From the NCBI GenBank assembly GCA_963725875.1, contig CAVRZZ010000006.1, positions 199,531 to 263,530 of the forward strand: DNA of 64,000 bases, read 5' to 3'. The stretch's first letter is position 1, and the number at the start of each line of letters is the position of its first letter. Positions 48,901 through 58,700 of the stretch are shown piece by piece. The stretch is from an uncultured Chloroflexia bacterium. GTDB taxonomy: Bacteria; Chloroflexota; Limnocylindria; Limnocylindrales; CSP1-4. The translations under genes were made by a program, and so were the position numbers. Below the pieces are notes generated by a model. That model did not search any database and was not told the DNA's origin. It saw only the letters and a list, made by a program, of their open reading frames with translations.

Positions 48901-50447
48901 CCTCCCGACCGGATCCCCGCGTCGGCAGCGACCTCGGCCCGTACCGCATCGAGTCGGTCATCGGGCGCGGCGGGATGGGCGTGGTCTACCTCGCGACGCA
49001 CACCGGCCTCGACCGCAAGGTGGCCCTCAAGCTCCTGGCGCCCGACTTCGCCGACGACGAGGCGTTCCGGGCCCGCTTCCTGCGCGAGTCGCGGATGGCG
49101 GCCGCCATCGACCACCCCAACATCATCCCCATCTACGAGGCCGGCGAGGTCGAGGGGGCCTACTTCCTGGCCATGCGCTACGTGGCCGGCACGGACCTCG
49201 AGACCCGCCTGCGCGCGGGGCCCCTCGAGCCGCGCGAGGCGGTCCACATCCTGGGCCAGGTCGCGAGCGCCCTCGACGCCGCCCACGAGCAGAGCCTCAT
49301 CCACCGTGACGTGAAGCCGGCCAACGTCCTGATCGCCACGGGCAGGGGGGTTGAGAAGGCCGACCACGCCTACCTGACCGACTTCGGGCTCACCAAGCAC
49401 CGGGGCAGCCAGAGCGGCCTGACCGAGGCGAGCGCCTTCATCGGCACCCTCGACTACATCGCCCCCGAGCAGATCGAGGGCAAGCCGGTCGACGGGCGGA
49501 CCGACCAGTACGGCCTCGCCTGCGTCGCGTTCGAGTGCCTGGCCGGCCGGGTGCCCTACGTGCGCGACACCGACATCGCGATCGCCATGGCCCACCTCCG
49601 GGACTCCCCGCCGTCGGCCGTGGAGCTCCGGCCCGGTCTGCCCGCCGACGTCGACGCCGTCCTGGCGCGGGGCATGGCCAAGCGCCCCGACGACCGGTAC
49701 CCCTCCTGCGAGGCCTTCGTCGTCGCGTTGCGGGGGGCGCTCGGCGTGCGGCCGACCGAGGAACGCCGGGCCGTCGCCGCGGGCAGGGGCGGCACCCGCC
49801 GCCTCGTGGTCGGGGCAGCCGTGGTCCTGCTCGTCGCGGTCATCGCGGTCATCGCGGCCTCCTTCGCCCTCGGGGGCGGGGCCGGCCCCACGCCGTCGGC
49901 GTCGCCGGGTGGCTCCGCTGCCGCCACATCGGCGCCTCCCTCGGCCGCGGCGTCCGGCGCAGGAGGCGCCTTCCCGAACGCGGGGGAGCAGGCCCTTCGG
50001 GACAAGATCGCGCCGGTCCCCGGCGGGCTTGCGGCGACGTGCGTGCGCGGCCCGTACACGACCGTTCCTCCGGGCATGCTGCCCCTGGCCAGCCTGGAGT
50101 GTTCCCCGGACGTCGCTGCGACGGGCGCCTCGCAGGTTGTCGTCCGACAGTTCCGTTCCAGCGACTTCGACGTCTCGTTCTCCGCGAGGGACACCTTCTC
50201 GGTGTACCCATTCACGGACCTTCCGCCCGGCGACTGCGCCAACGGATCGCCCGCCATCGGGCCGTGGAGCTCCACCGGCAGGGTGCGCGGCACGCTCGCC
50301 TGCTACACCGACGAGACAACCGGCGACGCGCTCCTGTACTGGAGCTACGACGTGGAGTCGATCCTTGTCAGGGCGCGAAACCCGAGAGGCGACGCGGCAG
50401 CGCTCTACTCGTTCTTCGACGAGTACGCGAGGTTCATCGCGCCGTGA
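48897..50447 (+). CDS. Hanks-type Ser/Thr protein kinase, single TM, extracytoplasmic 4-Cys domain
   Basis: GTGA overlap with the PP2C stop. GRGGMGVVY, VALKLL, HRDVKPANV, DFGLTK and APE. TM is LVVGAAVVLLVAVIAVIAASFAL. Confidence 0.92.
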   Translation: MTSRPDPRVGSDLGPYRIESVIGRGGMGVVYLATHTGLDRKVALKLLAPDFADDEAFRARFLRESRMAAAIDHPNIIPIYEAGEVEGAYFLAMRYVAGTDLETRLRAGPLEPREAVHILGQVASALDAAHEQSLIHRDVKPANVLIATGRGVEKADHAYLTDFGLTKHRGSQSGLTEASAFIGTLDYIAPEQIEGKPVDGRTDQYGLACVAFECLAGRVPYVRDTDIAIAMAHLRDSPPSAVELRPGLPADVDAVLARGMAKRPDDRYPSCEAFVVALRGALGVRPTEERRAVAAGRGGTRRLVVGAAVVLLVAVIAVIAASFALGGGAGPTPSASPGGSAAATSAPPSAAASGAGGAFPNAGEQALRDKIAPVPGGLAATCVRGPYTTVPPGMLPLASLECSPDVAATGASQVVVRQFRSSDFDVSFSARDTFSVYPFTDLPPGDCANGSPAIGPWSSTGRVRGTLACYTDETTGDALLYWSYDVESILVRARNPRGDAAALYSFFDEYARFIAP

Positions 50448-50751
50448 CCGCCGCGCCGGCGAACCCTTCGCGGGAGTCGGTGCCGAGCTCCGCGGCCGCG
50501 ACGCCGAAGGTTGCGAGCGCCGCGACCACTGCCACGAGAACGACGAGCAGGTCCACCAGGCTGTCCCCCAGCACCGTGGCGACCGGCGGCCGCCGTGGGT
50601 TTGGAGTCTCGGAGCCGCCTCTCGCCCGTGGCATCGGCACCCGTCCCAGCGCCGGATGGACGTTCGACGAGCCCTCAGCCACCCAACCCTTGACTCCCGG
50701 GGTGACGTCGGCGCATGATGCGGTACATCGACATCCGAGGTAGCCGCTCCT

Positions 50752-51099
50752 GTGCCGAAGCTGGATCCACGTAGCCATCTCCTGAAGGGTGCCCTCCCCC
50801 TCCTCGTCCTGGGCGCCCTCGACGAGGGCGAGCTGTACGGCTACGAGATCGCGCAGCGGCTCGCGGCGGGAAGCGCAGGCGCCGTGGCCCCGAGCGAGGG
50901 CTCGCTGTATCCCACGCTCCATCGACTGGAGGCCGAAGGCGCCGTGATGGCGACCTGGCGGGACGGCGAGCGCGGCCCCCGCCGGCGCTACTACCGGCTC
51001 ACGGCGCGGGGCCGCGGCATGCTCGCCGAGCAGCGGGCCGCCTGGGAGCAGTTCGCCGGGATCGTGAACCGCCTGGCCGTGGACCCCGCCGGTGGCTGA
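50752..51099 (+). CDS. PadR-family transcriptional regulator
   Basis: LPLLVLGALDEGELYGYEI, EGSLYPTLHRLEAEG and RRYYRLT. Confidence 0.9.
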   Translation: MPKLDPRSHLLKGALPLLVLGALDEGELYGYEIAQRLAAGSAGAVAPSEGSLYPTLHRLEAEGAVMATWRDGERGPRRRYYRLTARGRGMLAEQRAAWEQFAGIVNRLAVDPAGG

Positions 51100-52288
51100 G
51101 GACCGGGCAGCCGCGGCGGCGTCCGACACGGCCGGCGCCGGCACGACCGCCTGGCTGGGGGTGGTCGGGCGAGCGCTCGACGCCTCGCCCGAGGTCGAGG
51201 CCGAGGTCCTGGCCGAGCTCGCCACCCACCTCGACGACGAGGCGGCCGACGCGATGGCGCACGGGCTCGATCCCGCCACGGCGCACCGCCGGGCGCTCGA
51301 GCGGCTCGGTGAGCCTGCCGCACTCGGGAGATCGCTGCGGCACGCACGCCGGACCCCGCGGGCCGTGCTGGCCCTCGCCGGCGGCGGGGTGGTCGCGGTG
51401 GGCGGCTACTCGCTGCTCGGCGTGGCGCTCGGCATGCTGCTCGTCCTCGCGGCGGACGTCCTCGCCCGACAGCTCGGCAGCGGGAGCACGGGGCTGGTGC
51501 CGTCCGCGGCGCCGGGCGCGTATGCCGGGTTCGCCGCCGTCGCCGTCGGCCTCACGTGGGCCGCACATCTCGCCCCGGCGACGATCAGCGCCCGGTCGTC
51601 CTGGTCCGCCCGGTCGGTCGGTCGAGCCCTTGCGCTCGTGCTCTTCGGCGTCGGCGTCCCACTGGCGCTGCTCCTGCCCGGCCAGGAGCTCGACGCCTGG
51701 CTCGCCGTCGCCTACCCGCTGGCTCCGGTCGCCGCGGCGGTGGCGGCGCTCCGGGCACCGGCGGCGCCCACGCTCCGGCCCGGAGCCGTCACCCTCATGG
51801 TCGGTGCGCTCGTCCTGGCGCTCCCTCTGGTGGCGTGGCCGGCGGACGCCGTGACGGTCCCGCCGCCGTTCGCGCAGCCGGTGAACGCTGCGATCCTCGG
51901 ACGGCCGTCGGGCGAGGCGCCGAGCGGGACCATGCCGACGGGCTCGTCCGCCTGGGCCACGGGCGGCGAGGGCGGAATGACATCCGGCGTCCGCTTCGAG
52001 GACCTCCGTGGTTGGCGCAACCTCGCGATCGAGCTGTGGGCCATGGAGCGCACGGCCGACGGGGCATGGCGCTACTCGACGGGCCCGATCCTCCGCGTGC
52101 CGTACACGTTCGACGGGCTCGTCGCGACGGCAACCCTCGCGTACCCGCGCCCGCGTGCCGCGGCGTGGATCGCACGGGTGACCGTCGGGGTCGCGGCGGA
52201 CGGCGTCCGGACGCTGTACTCGGGCGCCGACGTCCAGCGAACGCCGCCGTGGCAGGGCAGCGTCATCGACTGGATCACGGGACGCTGA
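51092..52288 (+). CDS. PadR-associated membrane protein (helical N-terminal prefix, multi-TM, C-terminal extracytoplasmic domain)
   Basis: The GTG overlaps the padR 3' end. [23 protein letters not shown]...ALERLGEP prefix, then about 6 TM helices. Confidence 0.6.
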   Translation: MAEDRAAAAASDTAGAGTTAWLGVVGRALDASPEVEAEVLAELATHLDDEAADAMAHGLDPATAHRRALERLGEPAALGRSLRHARRTPRAVLALAGGGVVAVGGYSLLGVALGMLLVLAADVLARQLGSGSTGLVPSAAPGAYAGFAAVAVGLTWAAHLAPATISARSSWSARSVGRALALVLFGVGVPLALLLPGQELDAWLAVAYPLAPVAAAVAALRAPAAPTLRPGAVTLMVGALVLALPLVAWPADAVTVPPPFAQPVNAAILGRPSGEAPSGTMPTGSSAWATGGEGGMTSGVRFEDLRGWRNLAIELWAMERTADGAWRYSTGPILRVPYTFDGLVATATLAYPRPRAAAWIARVTVGVAADGVRTLYSGADVQRTPPWQGSVIDWITGR

Positions 52289-52422
52289 GGCGGTCTCGCG
52301 CGCGTCGAGGCGCTCTCCCGGGCATCGAGGCAGGTCGAGGTGGCGGACCGGCGGCTCCCGGCCGCGCCGTACACTTCCCGATGCGCCGCCCGCTGCATCC
52401 CGGAACGACGAGGAACCGCCCG

Positions 52423-54162
52423 ATGCCCGACCGCACCCTGCCGTACGACCTCCCCAGCCACCCCGCGAAGCGCCACTCCGCGCGCCTGACGGACGGACCG
52501 GATCGCGCGCCGGCCCGGGCAATGCTCAAGGCGATTGGGTTCACGGACGAGGACATGGCCCGGCCGATCATCGGCGTCGCCACGAACTGGATCGAGACGA
52601 TGCCCTGCAACTACAACCAGCGGCGCCTGGCGGAGTCGGTGAAGGACGGCATCCGGGCGGCCGGCGGCACCCCGATGGAGTTCAACACGATCTCCGTCAG
52701 CGACGGCGTCAGCATGGGCACCGAGGGCATGAAGGCGAGCCTGGTCTCCCGGGAGGTCGTGGCCAATTCGATCGAGACGGTCGCCCGCGGCCACCTCTTC
52801 GACGGCCTCGTTTGCCTGGTCGGCTGCGACAAGACGATCCCGGGCTCGGCGATGGCGCTCCTGCGGATGGACCTCCCCGGGCTCGTCCTCTACAACGGCA
52901 CGATCTACCCCGGCGTCTACAAGGGGAAGAACGCCGACATCGTGACCGTGTTCGAGGCGGTGGGCGCCTACCGTGCCGGAACGATCACGCTCCAGGAGCT
53001 CTACGACATCGAGAGCGCCTCCTGCCCGGGGGCCGGCGCCTGCGGCGGCCAGTACACGGCGAACACGATGAGCACGGTCATGGAGTTCATCGGGCTCTCG
53101 CCGGCCGGCCTCAACGGCATCCCGGCCGAGGACCCGGCGAAGGACGCGGCCGCGCGGCGCTGCGGCGAGATCGTCATGGACCTCGTGACCCGCGACGTGC
53201 GCCCGTCGTCGATCGTGGACCGCCGGGCCCTGGAGAACGGGATCTCCTCGGTCGCGGCGACGGGCGGCTCGACGAACGGCGTCCTCCACCTCCTGGCGCT
53301 CGCCCGCGAGGCCGCGATCCTCCTCGAGCTCGACGACTTCAGCCGGATCGCCGACGCGACGCCCATCGTGGCCGATATGAAGCCGGGCGGCCGCTACTCG
53401 GCCTCCGAGATGTACGACGCCGGCGGCGTGGCCCTGGTCATGCGCGAGCTCCTGAAGCGCGGCCTGCTCCACGGCGACGCGCCGACCGTGGACGGCCGGA
53501 CGATCGCCGAGATCGCCGCGGCCGTCGTCGAGACGCCGGGCCAGCGGGTGGTCGTCCCGATCGAGGCGCCCCTCAAGGCCAGCGGCGGCCTGACGATCCT
53601 GCGGGGCTCGCTGGCGCCGGAGGGCTGCGTGATCAAGCTGGCCGGGCACGAGCGGCGCCACCACCGCGGGCCGGCGCGGGTCTTCGACTCCGAGAACGCC
53701 TGCTTCGACGCCGTGACGTCGGGCGGCATCCGCCGCGGCGACGTCATCGTGATCCGCAACGAGGGCCCGGTCGGCGGCCCCGGCATGCAGGAGATGCTGT
53801 CGGTCACCGCCGCGCTCGTCGGCGAGGGCCTCGGAGAGCACGTCGCGCTCCTCACCGACGGCCGCTTCTCCGGCGGGACGCACGGGCTGATGATCGGCCA
53901 CGTGGCGCCGGAGGCGGTGCTCGGCGGGCCGATCGCGTTCGTCGCCGACGGCGACGAGATCGAGATCGACGTCGACCGCAAGGCGCTCGACCTGCACGTG
54001 GCCGAGGACACCCTCGCGGCCCGGCGCGCGGCCTGGACGCCGCCGGCCCCGCGGTACCCGGGCGGCGTCTTCGCGAAGTACGCCGCGCTCGTCTCGTCGG
54101 CGTCGGACGGCGCGATCACGACGGGCGCCCGGATGCGGGCCAGCCTGCCCAACGCCGGATGA
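52423..54162 (+). CDS. ilvD: Dihydroxy-acid dehydratase
   Basis: [32 protein letters not shown] and [16 protein letters not shown]. Confidence 0.95.
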   Translation: MPDRTLPYDLPSHPAKRHSARLTDGPDRAPARAMLKAIGFTDEDMARPIIGVATNWIETMPCNYNQRRLAESVKDGIRAAGGTPMEFNTISVSDGVSMGTEGMKASLVSREVVANSIETVARGHLFDGLVCLVGCDKTIPGSAMALLRMDLPGLVLYNGTIYPGVYKGKNADIVTVFEAVGAYRAGTITLQELYDIESASCPGAGACGGQYTANTMSTVMEFIGLSPAGLNGIPAEDPAKDAAARRCGEIVMDLVTRDVRPSSIVDRRALENGISSVAATGGSTNGVLHLLALAREAAILLELDDFSRIADATPIVADMKPGGRYSASEMYDAGGVALVMRELLKRGLLHGDAPTVDGRTIAEIAAAVVETPGQRVVVPIEAPLKASGGLTILRGSLAPEGCVIKLAGHERRHHRGPARVFDSENACFDAVTSGGIRRGDVIVIRNEGPVGGPGMQEMLSVTAALVGEGLGEHVALLTDGRFSGGTHGLMIGHVAPEAVLGGPIAFVADGDEIEIDVDRKALDLHVAEDTLAARRAAWTPPAPRYPGGVFAKYAALVSSASDGAITTGARMRASLPNAG

Positions 54163-55166
54163 CGGACGACGCCGGCCGGGGCGCCAACGGCGGGGGCGAC
54201 ACCGACCGGGGAGACGCGGACCGGGGCGACGTCCGCCTCGGGACCACGGTCCGCAGCGCCACCGGCCCGCGTCGCCCGGGGCTCCTCGGCTTCCGGATCG
54301 CAGCTTCCGCGTCGGCCGGGGTCGACTGGACGCGGCTCGACGAGACGTGGGCCCTCGCCGGGGAGCTCGGCACGTTCCACGCCGGCTGGCTCAGCGACCA
54401 CCTGTCCGACGCTGCGCGGGAGCGGGGCGGACCCGCCCTCGAGGCGCTGACCGCGGCCGCGGCGCTGGCCCACCGCGTGCCGGGGATGTGGATCGGGATC
54501 GCCGTTCTCGCAAACACGTTTCGGCACCCGTCGCTCGTCGCCAAGGCCGCGACCGTGATCGACAACGCCACCGGGGGCCGCTTCATCCTCGGCATGGGAG
54601 CCGGATGGCACGAGGGCGAGCACGAGGCCTTCGGGATCCCGCTGCCGCCGATCGTCGAGCGGTTCGACCGCTTCGAGAGCGGCGTCGCCACCGTCGCCAC
54701 GCTCCTGTCCGACGCGGCCCGGACGCCGCCGGGCATCAACCGGGACGACCCGTACTACCCGCTCCGCGGGGCCACGAACGAGCCGCCGCCGGTGCGGCCG
54801 GGCGGCCCCCCGATCTGGCTGGGCGGCCAGCGGCGCCGGGGGATCGCGCTGGCGGTCCGGTACGCCGACGGCTGGCCGATGCCCGGAAACCGGCCGGGCG
54901 ACGTGGCCTACTTCGCCGAAAAGCGCGACGAGATCCGGCGAGCCCTCGAGGCTGCCGGCCGCGATCCGGACGCCTTCACGTTCGCGGCACAGCTGAGCTG
55001 CGGGACGACGGTCCCCGAGCGGCGTGCCGCGAGGGCAACCGCGACGGCGTTCGTCCGGGCCGGCGCCGGCCACGTGATCCTCGGCCTGCCGGCAATCGCC
55101 GCCCCGGACGGTCTCGTCGCGGTGGCCCGCGAGGTGGCGGAACCCCTGGCAGAGGCCGCAGGGTAA
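54159..55166 (+). CDS. Luciferase-like (LLM class) flavin/F420-dependent oxidoreductase
   Basis: ATGA overlap with ilv[39 protein letters not shown] and IWLGG. Confidence 0.8.
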   Translation: MTDDAGRGANGGGDTDRGDADRGDVRLGTTVRSATGPRRPGLLGFRIAASASAGVDWTRLDETWALAGELGTFHAGWLSDHLSDAARERGGPALEALTAAAALAHRVPGMWIGIAVLANTFRHPSLVAKAATVIDNATGGRFILGMGAGWHEGEHEAFGIPLPPIVERFDRFESGVATVATLLSDAARTPPGINRDDPYYPLRGATNEPPPVRPGGPPIWLGGQRRRGIALAVRYADGWPMPGNRPGDVAYFAEKRDEIRRALEAAGRDPDAFTFAAQLSCGTTVPERRAARATATAFVRAGAGHVILGLPAIAAPDGLVAVAREVAEPLAEAAG

Positions 55167-55210
55167 GGGGAACGGCGGTCCGGGGAACACCCACGGCGGC
55201 GATCTGGCGC

Positions 55211-55516
55211 ATGATCAGCGAGATGAGCGACGCAGCCACGCCGTCCCAGCCCGGCTCGCCCGACGGCCCGGACGACCCACCCGCCGGCAACCACCCCGGG
55301 AGCCCGCACCCGTGGGCCGAGCCCGATCGCCCGCGGGGGCTCGATGCCTACTTCGCGCCCGGCGGGGAGGACGAGGCGCCCCCGGAGCGGGCCGACGACG
55401 AGCGGCGCCTCACCCGCCTGCTCATCCTGATGGTCCTCCTCCTCGTCGGCATCCCGACCCTGTTGACCCTCGTCGCGTTCGTCGCCCGGCTGGCGACTCC
55501 ACAGGGCGGCGGCTGA
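55211..55516 (+). CDS. Small acidic/Pro-rich protein with a C-terminal TM anchor
   Basis: MISEMSDAATPSQPG...RLTRLLILMVLLLVGIPTLLTLVAFVARL. Confidence 0.45.
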   Translation: MISEMSDAATPSQPGSPDGPDDPPAGNHPGSPHPWAEPDRPRGLDAYFAPGGEDEAPPERADDERRLTRLLILMVLLLVGIPTLLTLVAFVARLATPQGGG

Positions 55517-55589
55517 CCCGACCGCCGCGCGGCTCGCCGCGCGCGTCGCATGTCCCATCCTCCCGCCGGAGGTCCTGTGGCGTCCCGGC

Positions 55590-56162
55590 TCAGAGGACGC
55601 CCAGGCCCTGCAACACGAGGACGGCGCCGAACACCACGAACGCCCCGGCAGCGAACACCTTGATCGCCCGCTCCGGCAGCCGCGAGCCGAGCAGCGCCCC
55701 AGCCCCGATGGCGATCGCGTCGGCGGCGACCATGCCGGCCGTGGAGCCCAGCCAGACGCCGAGCGGCTCGTTGTTCGTGGCTAGCGTGATCGTGGCGAGC
55801 ATCGTCTTGTCGCCGAGCTCCGCCAGGAAGAACGCCGTCCCGATGGCCAGGATGGTCCACCGTGTCGAGCGGGCGGCCCGCGACTCCTCCTTTTCGCCGA
55901 GCTGGTCGCCGCGAAGCGTCCAGGCGGCGAAGGCGAAGAACGCCAGCCCGGCGACGACACTGATGACGTTCGTCGGCAGGGCGAGCGCGAACGCGGCGCC
56001 GAGCAGGACAGACATGGCGTGGACGACGAGGGTGGCGATCGTCACCGCGACGAGCACGGTCCAGGCCGGATAGCGGGCGGCGAACGCCAGGGCCATCAGC
56101 TGGCTCTTGTCGCCGAGCTCGGCCAGCAGCACGATGCCGAAGCTGAGCCAGAAGGCTTCCAC
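55590..56162 (-). CDS. UPF0016 (GDT1/TMEM165) family cation (Mn2+/Ca2+) transporter
   Basis: Two E-x-G-D-K-[ST] motifs (LAELGDKSQL and LAELGDKTML). GTG start with a GGAGA SD downstream of the riboswitch. Confidence 0.88.
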   Translation of the reverse strand: MEAFWLSFGIVLLAELGDKSQLMALAFAARYPAWTVLVAVTIATLVVHAMSVLLGAAFALALPTNVISVVAGLAFFAFAAWTLRGDQLGEKEESRAARSTRWTILAIGTAFFLAELGDKTMLATITLATNNEPLGVWLGSTAGMVAADAIAIGAGALLGSRLPERAIKVFAAGAFVVFGAVLVLQGLGVL

Positions 56163-56230
56163 GGAGTTCTCCGGCTTGGGGGCGCCGGGCGGGGTGCGAC
56201 CTCGACCCGGCACCCGGGGATGGGTGCTGG

Positions 56231-56321
56231 TCGAAGGTCTCGTCCGCCCGCGAGGGGCCCGGCGACCGGGCGCCGAGGCGCCAGCATGTCGATCGGCCGG
56301 AGAGGGACTACTCCCCTTCGA
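56231..56321 (-). ncRNA. yybP-ykoY manganese riboswitch aptamer
   Basis: The minus strand reads UCGAAGGGGAGUAGUCCCUCUCCGG...AUCGACAUG...GGACGAGACCUUCGA. It has the conserved GGGGAGUAG loop, a (U)UGACAU-like loop, AGACC, and closing helix P1 UCGAAGG/CCUUCGA. It sits about 70 nt before a typical target gene. Confidence 0.8.
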
Positions 56322-56715
56322 GCGGAGTGTGCGGCCCGGCCGGGCGGCCCGTCAACGGGCGCCTCCGGGCATGTCGGCCCACCCCGGTCCTGTCCGGCCC
56401 GACGCGTGTCGCGCCGTTGCACGAAACAGTCACCGGCGACGTGCCACAGGCGACGACTCCGCCGCCGCGTCGACTCCTTGCGTCTGGCGACACGGGACGA
56501 CGCCCACGGCGAGGCACCCGCGATCACCTGGTCGCCTCGTGCCGCCTGATGCAAACGCGGTGAGTGGAGCCCGCCGGAGGGTCGCGCGGGAGCCCGATGG
56601 GCGCGACGAACACGGCGGCCGGGCGGGAGCCCGACGGGCGCCAGTGGCATGCGGGCCCGGAACGGTCCGGCCCGACAGATGTCGTGAGCGGTCAGCCGCC
56701 GAGCGTTGCCTCCGG

Positions 56716-57471
56716 CTACAGAGGGCGCTGCTTGATGAGCCGGCCGCGCCGCGAGACCGCCCGCGTCGCCAGGGCAGCGACGCCCATTGCCACGATCGCG
56801 CGCTCCGTTGAGGGAAGCGGCCGCACCACGGCCAGGAACTGGTCCGCCCGCCCCCGATCGACCAGTGCGACGAGCGCGCGGCCGCGCTCCGTGAGCCACA
56901 CCGATCGCATCCGTCGATCGTCGGGCTCCTCCCGGCGCTCGAAGAGCCGCCTGCGGACGAGGCCGTCAACGAGCCGGGACGTGGCCGACGGGGAGCGATT
57001 CAGGGTGTCGGCGAGATCCGCGATCGTCGTCGTCCCGCCGTCGGCAACCGCGTAGAGGGCGGCGAGCTGTGTGAAGCCGAGCCGTAGCTCACCGAGCTGG
57101 GCGGCGAAGCCGATGACCAGCTCGCGCCAGAGGGCCTTGCCGAAGGCCACCCGCTCCGACAGCTCGCGCGGGTTCTGGATCCGCGATCGCGCGGCCGCCA
57201 CCGGCGCCAGGAGGACGTCGTCGGCCATCGCCTCGAGCGACGCGGTGGTGACCCGACCGGGCAGCGGGCGGCCGGGACGGGCTCGACCGGCGCCGCCCCG
57301 CCCGGCGCCGCCGCGTCCCTGCTGGCGGCGGCCCGCATCAGACGCCCCGGGTGCATCCGCCCCGGACGGTGTGGACGCGTCGCGGGTAGGACCCGAACCG
57401 GACGCGCCGCGTGTGCCCGCACCCGACGTGCTGGACGGGGCGCGGGTAGGGCCCGGCGGCGGCTCGTGCAT
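56716..57471 (-). CDS. MarR-family transcriptional regulator (possible disordered N-terminal extension)
   Basis: FTQLAALYAVADGGTTTIADLADTLNRSPSATSRLVDGLVRRRLFERREEPDDRRMRSVWLTERG winged helix. The ATG at 57471 has TAGTCT 6 nt upstream. The alternative start at 57228 (MADDV) gives a 170-aa core. Confidence 0.8.
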   Translation of the reverse strand: MHEPPPGPTRAPSSTSGAGTRGASGSGPTRDASTPSGADAPGASDAGRRQQGRGGAGRGGAGRARPGRPLPGRVTTASLEAMADDVLLAPVAAARSRIQNPRELSERVAFGKALWRELVIGFAAQLGELRLGFTQLAALYAVADGGTTTIADLADTLNRSPSATSRLVDGLVRRRLFERREEPDDRRMRSVWLTERGRALVALVDRGRADQFLAVVRPLPSTERAIVAMGVAALATRAVSRRGRLIKQRPL

Positions 57472-57502
57472 GCCGAGAGACTAGCCCGCGGGACGCATCC
57501 AT

Positions 57503-57523
57503 GCAGAATTGCACGCGTTCTGC
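57503..57523. promoter_or_regulatory. Inverted repeat GCAGAA-N9-TTCTGC in the marR/fabD divergent region (operator candidate)
   Basis: gcagaattgcacgcgttctgc lies in an AT-richer pocket 32-52 nt upstream of the 57471 ATG. Confidence 0.45.
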
Positions 57524-57670
57524 GGGCGGACCCACGCTCGGGCGCTACCCTGAGCACCGCACCGGGCCCGGGCACGCGCGTCCCGCCCGGGCCTGGTGCC
57601 TCTCGGCGGATCCCTTCGGACCGGTTGGCCGGCGGGATGTCACCGCGGCAGCGGCACAACGAGGAGGCGC

Positions 57671-58663
57671 ATGTCCACGCTCGCGTTCGTCTTTCCGGGC
57701 CAGGGCTCGCAGGCCGTCGGCATGGGCCGGGCCCTCGCCGAGGTCTCCCCTGCCGCCACGGCGGTGTTCGCGGCGGCCGACGATGCCCTCGGCGAGCCGC
57801 TCTCGCGGCTGGCGTGGGAGGGCCCCGCCGAGGCGCTCGACCTGACGGTCAACGCCCAACCCGCGCTCCTTGCCGCCTCGATCGCCTTCCTGCGCGCCCT
57901 GGAGGAGCGCCGTGCCGCCACCGGGCTGCCCTCGCTCGACCCGGCGTTCGCGGCCGGCCACTCCATGGGCCAGTACTCCGCCTTCGTCGCCGCCGGGGTC
58001 ATCTCCCTCGCCGACGGGATCCGCCTCGTGCGCGAGCGCGGCCGCCTGATGCAGGCGTCGGGAGAGGGACACCCGGGCGCGATGGCCGCCATCATCGGCC
58101 TCCCCGACGAGCGCCTCGACGAGCTGGTCGCTGCGGGCGCAGCCCACGGGACCTTCGGGGTGGCCAACCGCAACTCCCCCGGCCAGGTGGTCGTTTCAGG
58201 CGTCCGATCCGCGGTGGAAGCGGCGGCGGCGGCGGCGAAGGGCCTGGGCGCCCGGCGCGCCGTCGTCCTCCCGGTGAGCGTCGCCGCCCACTCCCCGCTC
58301 ATGGCCGAGGCCGCCGAGGGGATGCGCGCCGTCCTGGCCGGCGTCGCCTTCAGCGACCCGGCCGTCCCCCTTCTCGCCAACGCCGACGCGGCGCCGCTGA
58401 CCACGGCAGAGGCCTGCCGAGCCGAGCTCGTCGACCACCTGACCACCGGCGTCGACTGGATCGCCGCCGTCGAGGCGATGACGGCGGCGGGCGTGACCGG
58501 CTTCGTGGAGGTCGGGCCCGGGCGGGTGCTGTCCGGCCTGGTCCGGCGGATCGTGCCGGATGCGCAGACCCTTCCCCTCGACGACCCCGGGTCGCCCGGT
58601 GGCCTCGCTGACCCGGCGGCGGCCGACCCCGCGACCACCCTCGATCGCTCCCCGTTGGCCTGA
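57671..58663 (+). CDS. fabD: Malonyl-CoA:ACP transacylase
   Basis: GAGGAGG SD. FVFPGQGSQAVGMG, GHSMGQYSA and VSVAAHSPLM. Confidence 0.93.
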   Translation: MSTLAFVFPGQGSQAVGMGRALAEVSPAATAVFAAADDALGEPLSRLAWEGPAEALDLTVNAQPALLAASIAFLRALEERRAATGLPSLDPAFAAGHSMGQYSAFVAAGVISLADGIRLVRERGRLMQASGEGHPGAMAAIIGLPDERLDELVAAGAAHGTFGVANRNSPGQVVVSGVRSAVEAAAAAAKGLGARRAVVLPVSVAAHSPLMAEAAEGMRAVLAGVAFSDPAVPLLANADAAPLTTAEACRAELVDHLTTGVDWIAAVEAMTAAGVTGFVEVGPGRVLSGLVRRIVPDAQTLPLDDPGSPGGLADPAAADPATTLDRSPLA

Positions 58664-58700
58664 GCGGCCCCGACGAACCCCCACAGGAGAACCCGACCCC

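Noticed and set aside
50690-50719. TTGACT-N18-CATGAT promoter and an ATGA-N6-ACAT PadR-box-like site upstream of padR
   Set aside because: It is plausible, but the spacer is long, the -10 is weak, and the half-sites are imperfect relative to the ATGT-N8-ACAT PadR consensus. That is not enough to call a feature.
50434-51279. 281-aa minus-strand ORF
   Set aside because: It is antisense to the PadR gene and its membrane partner, both of which have clear family features.
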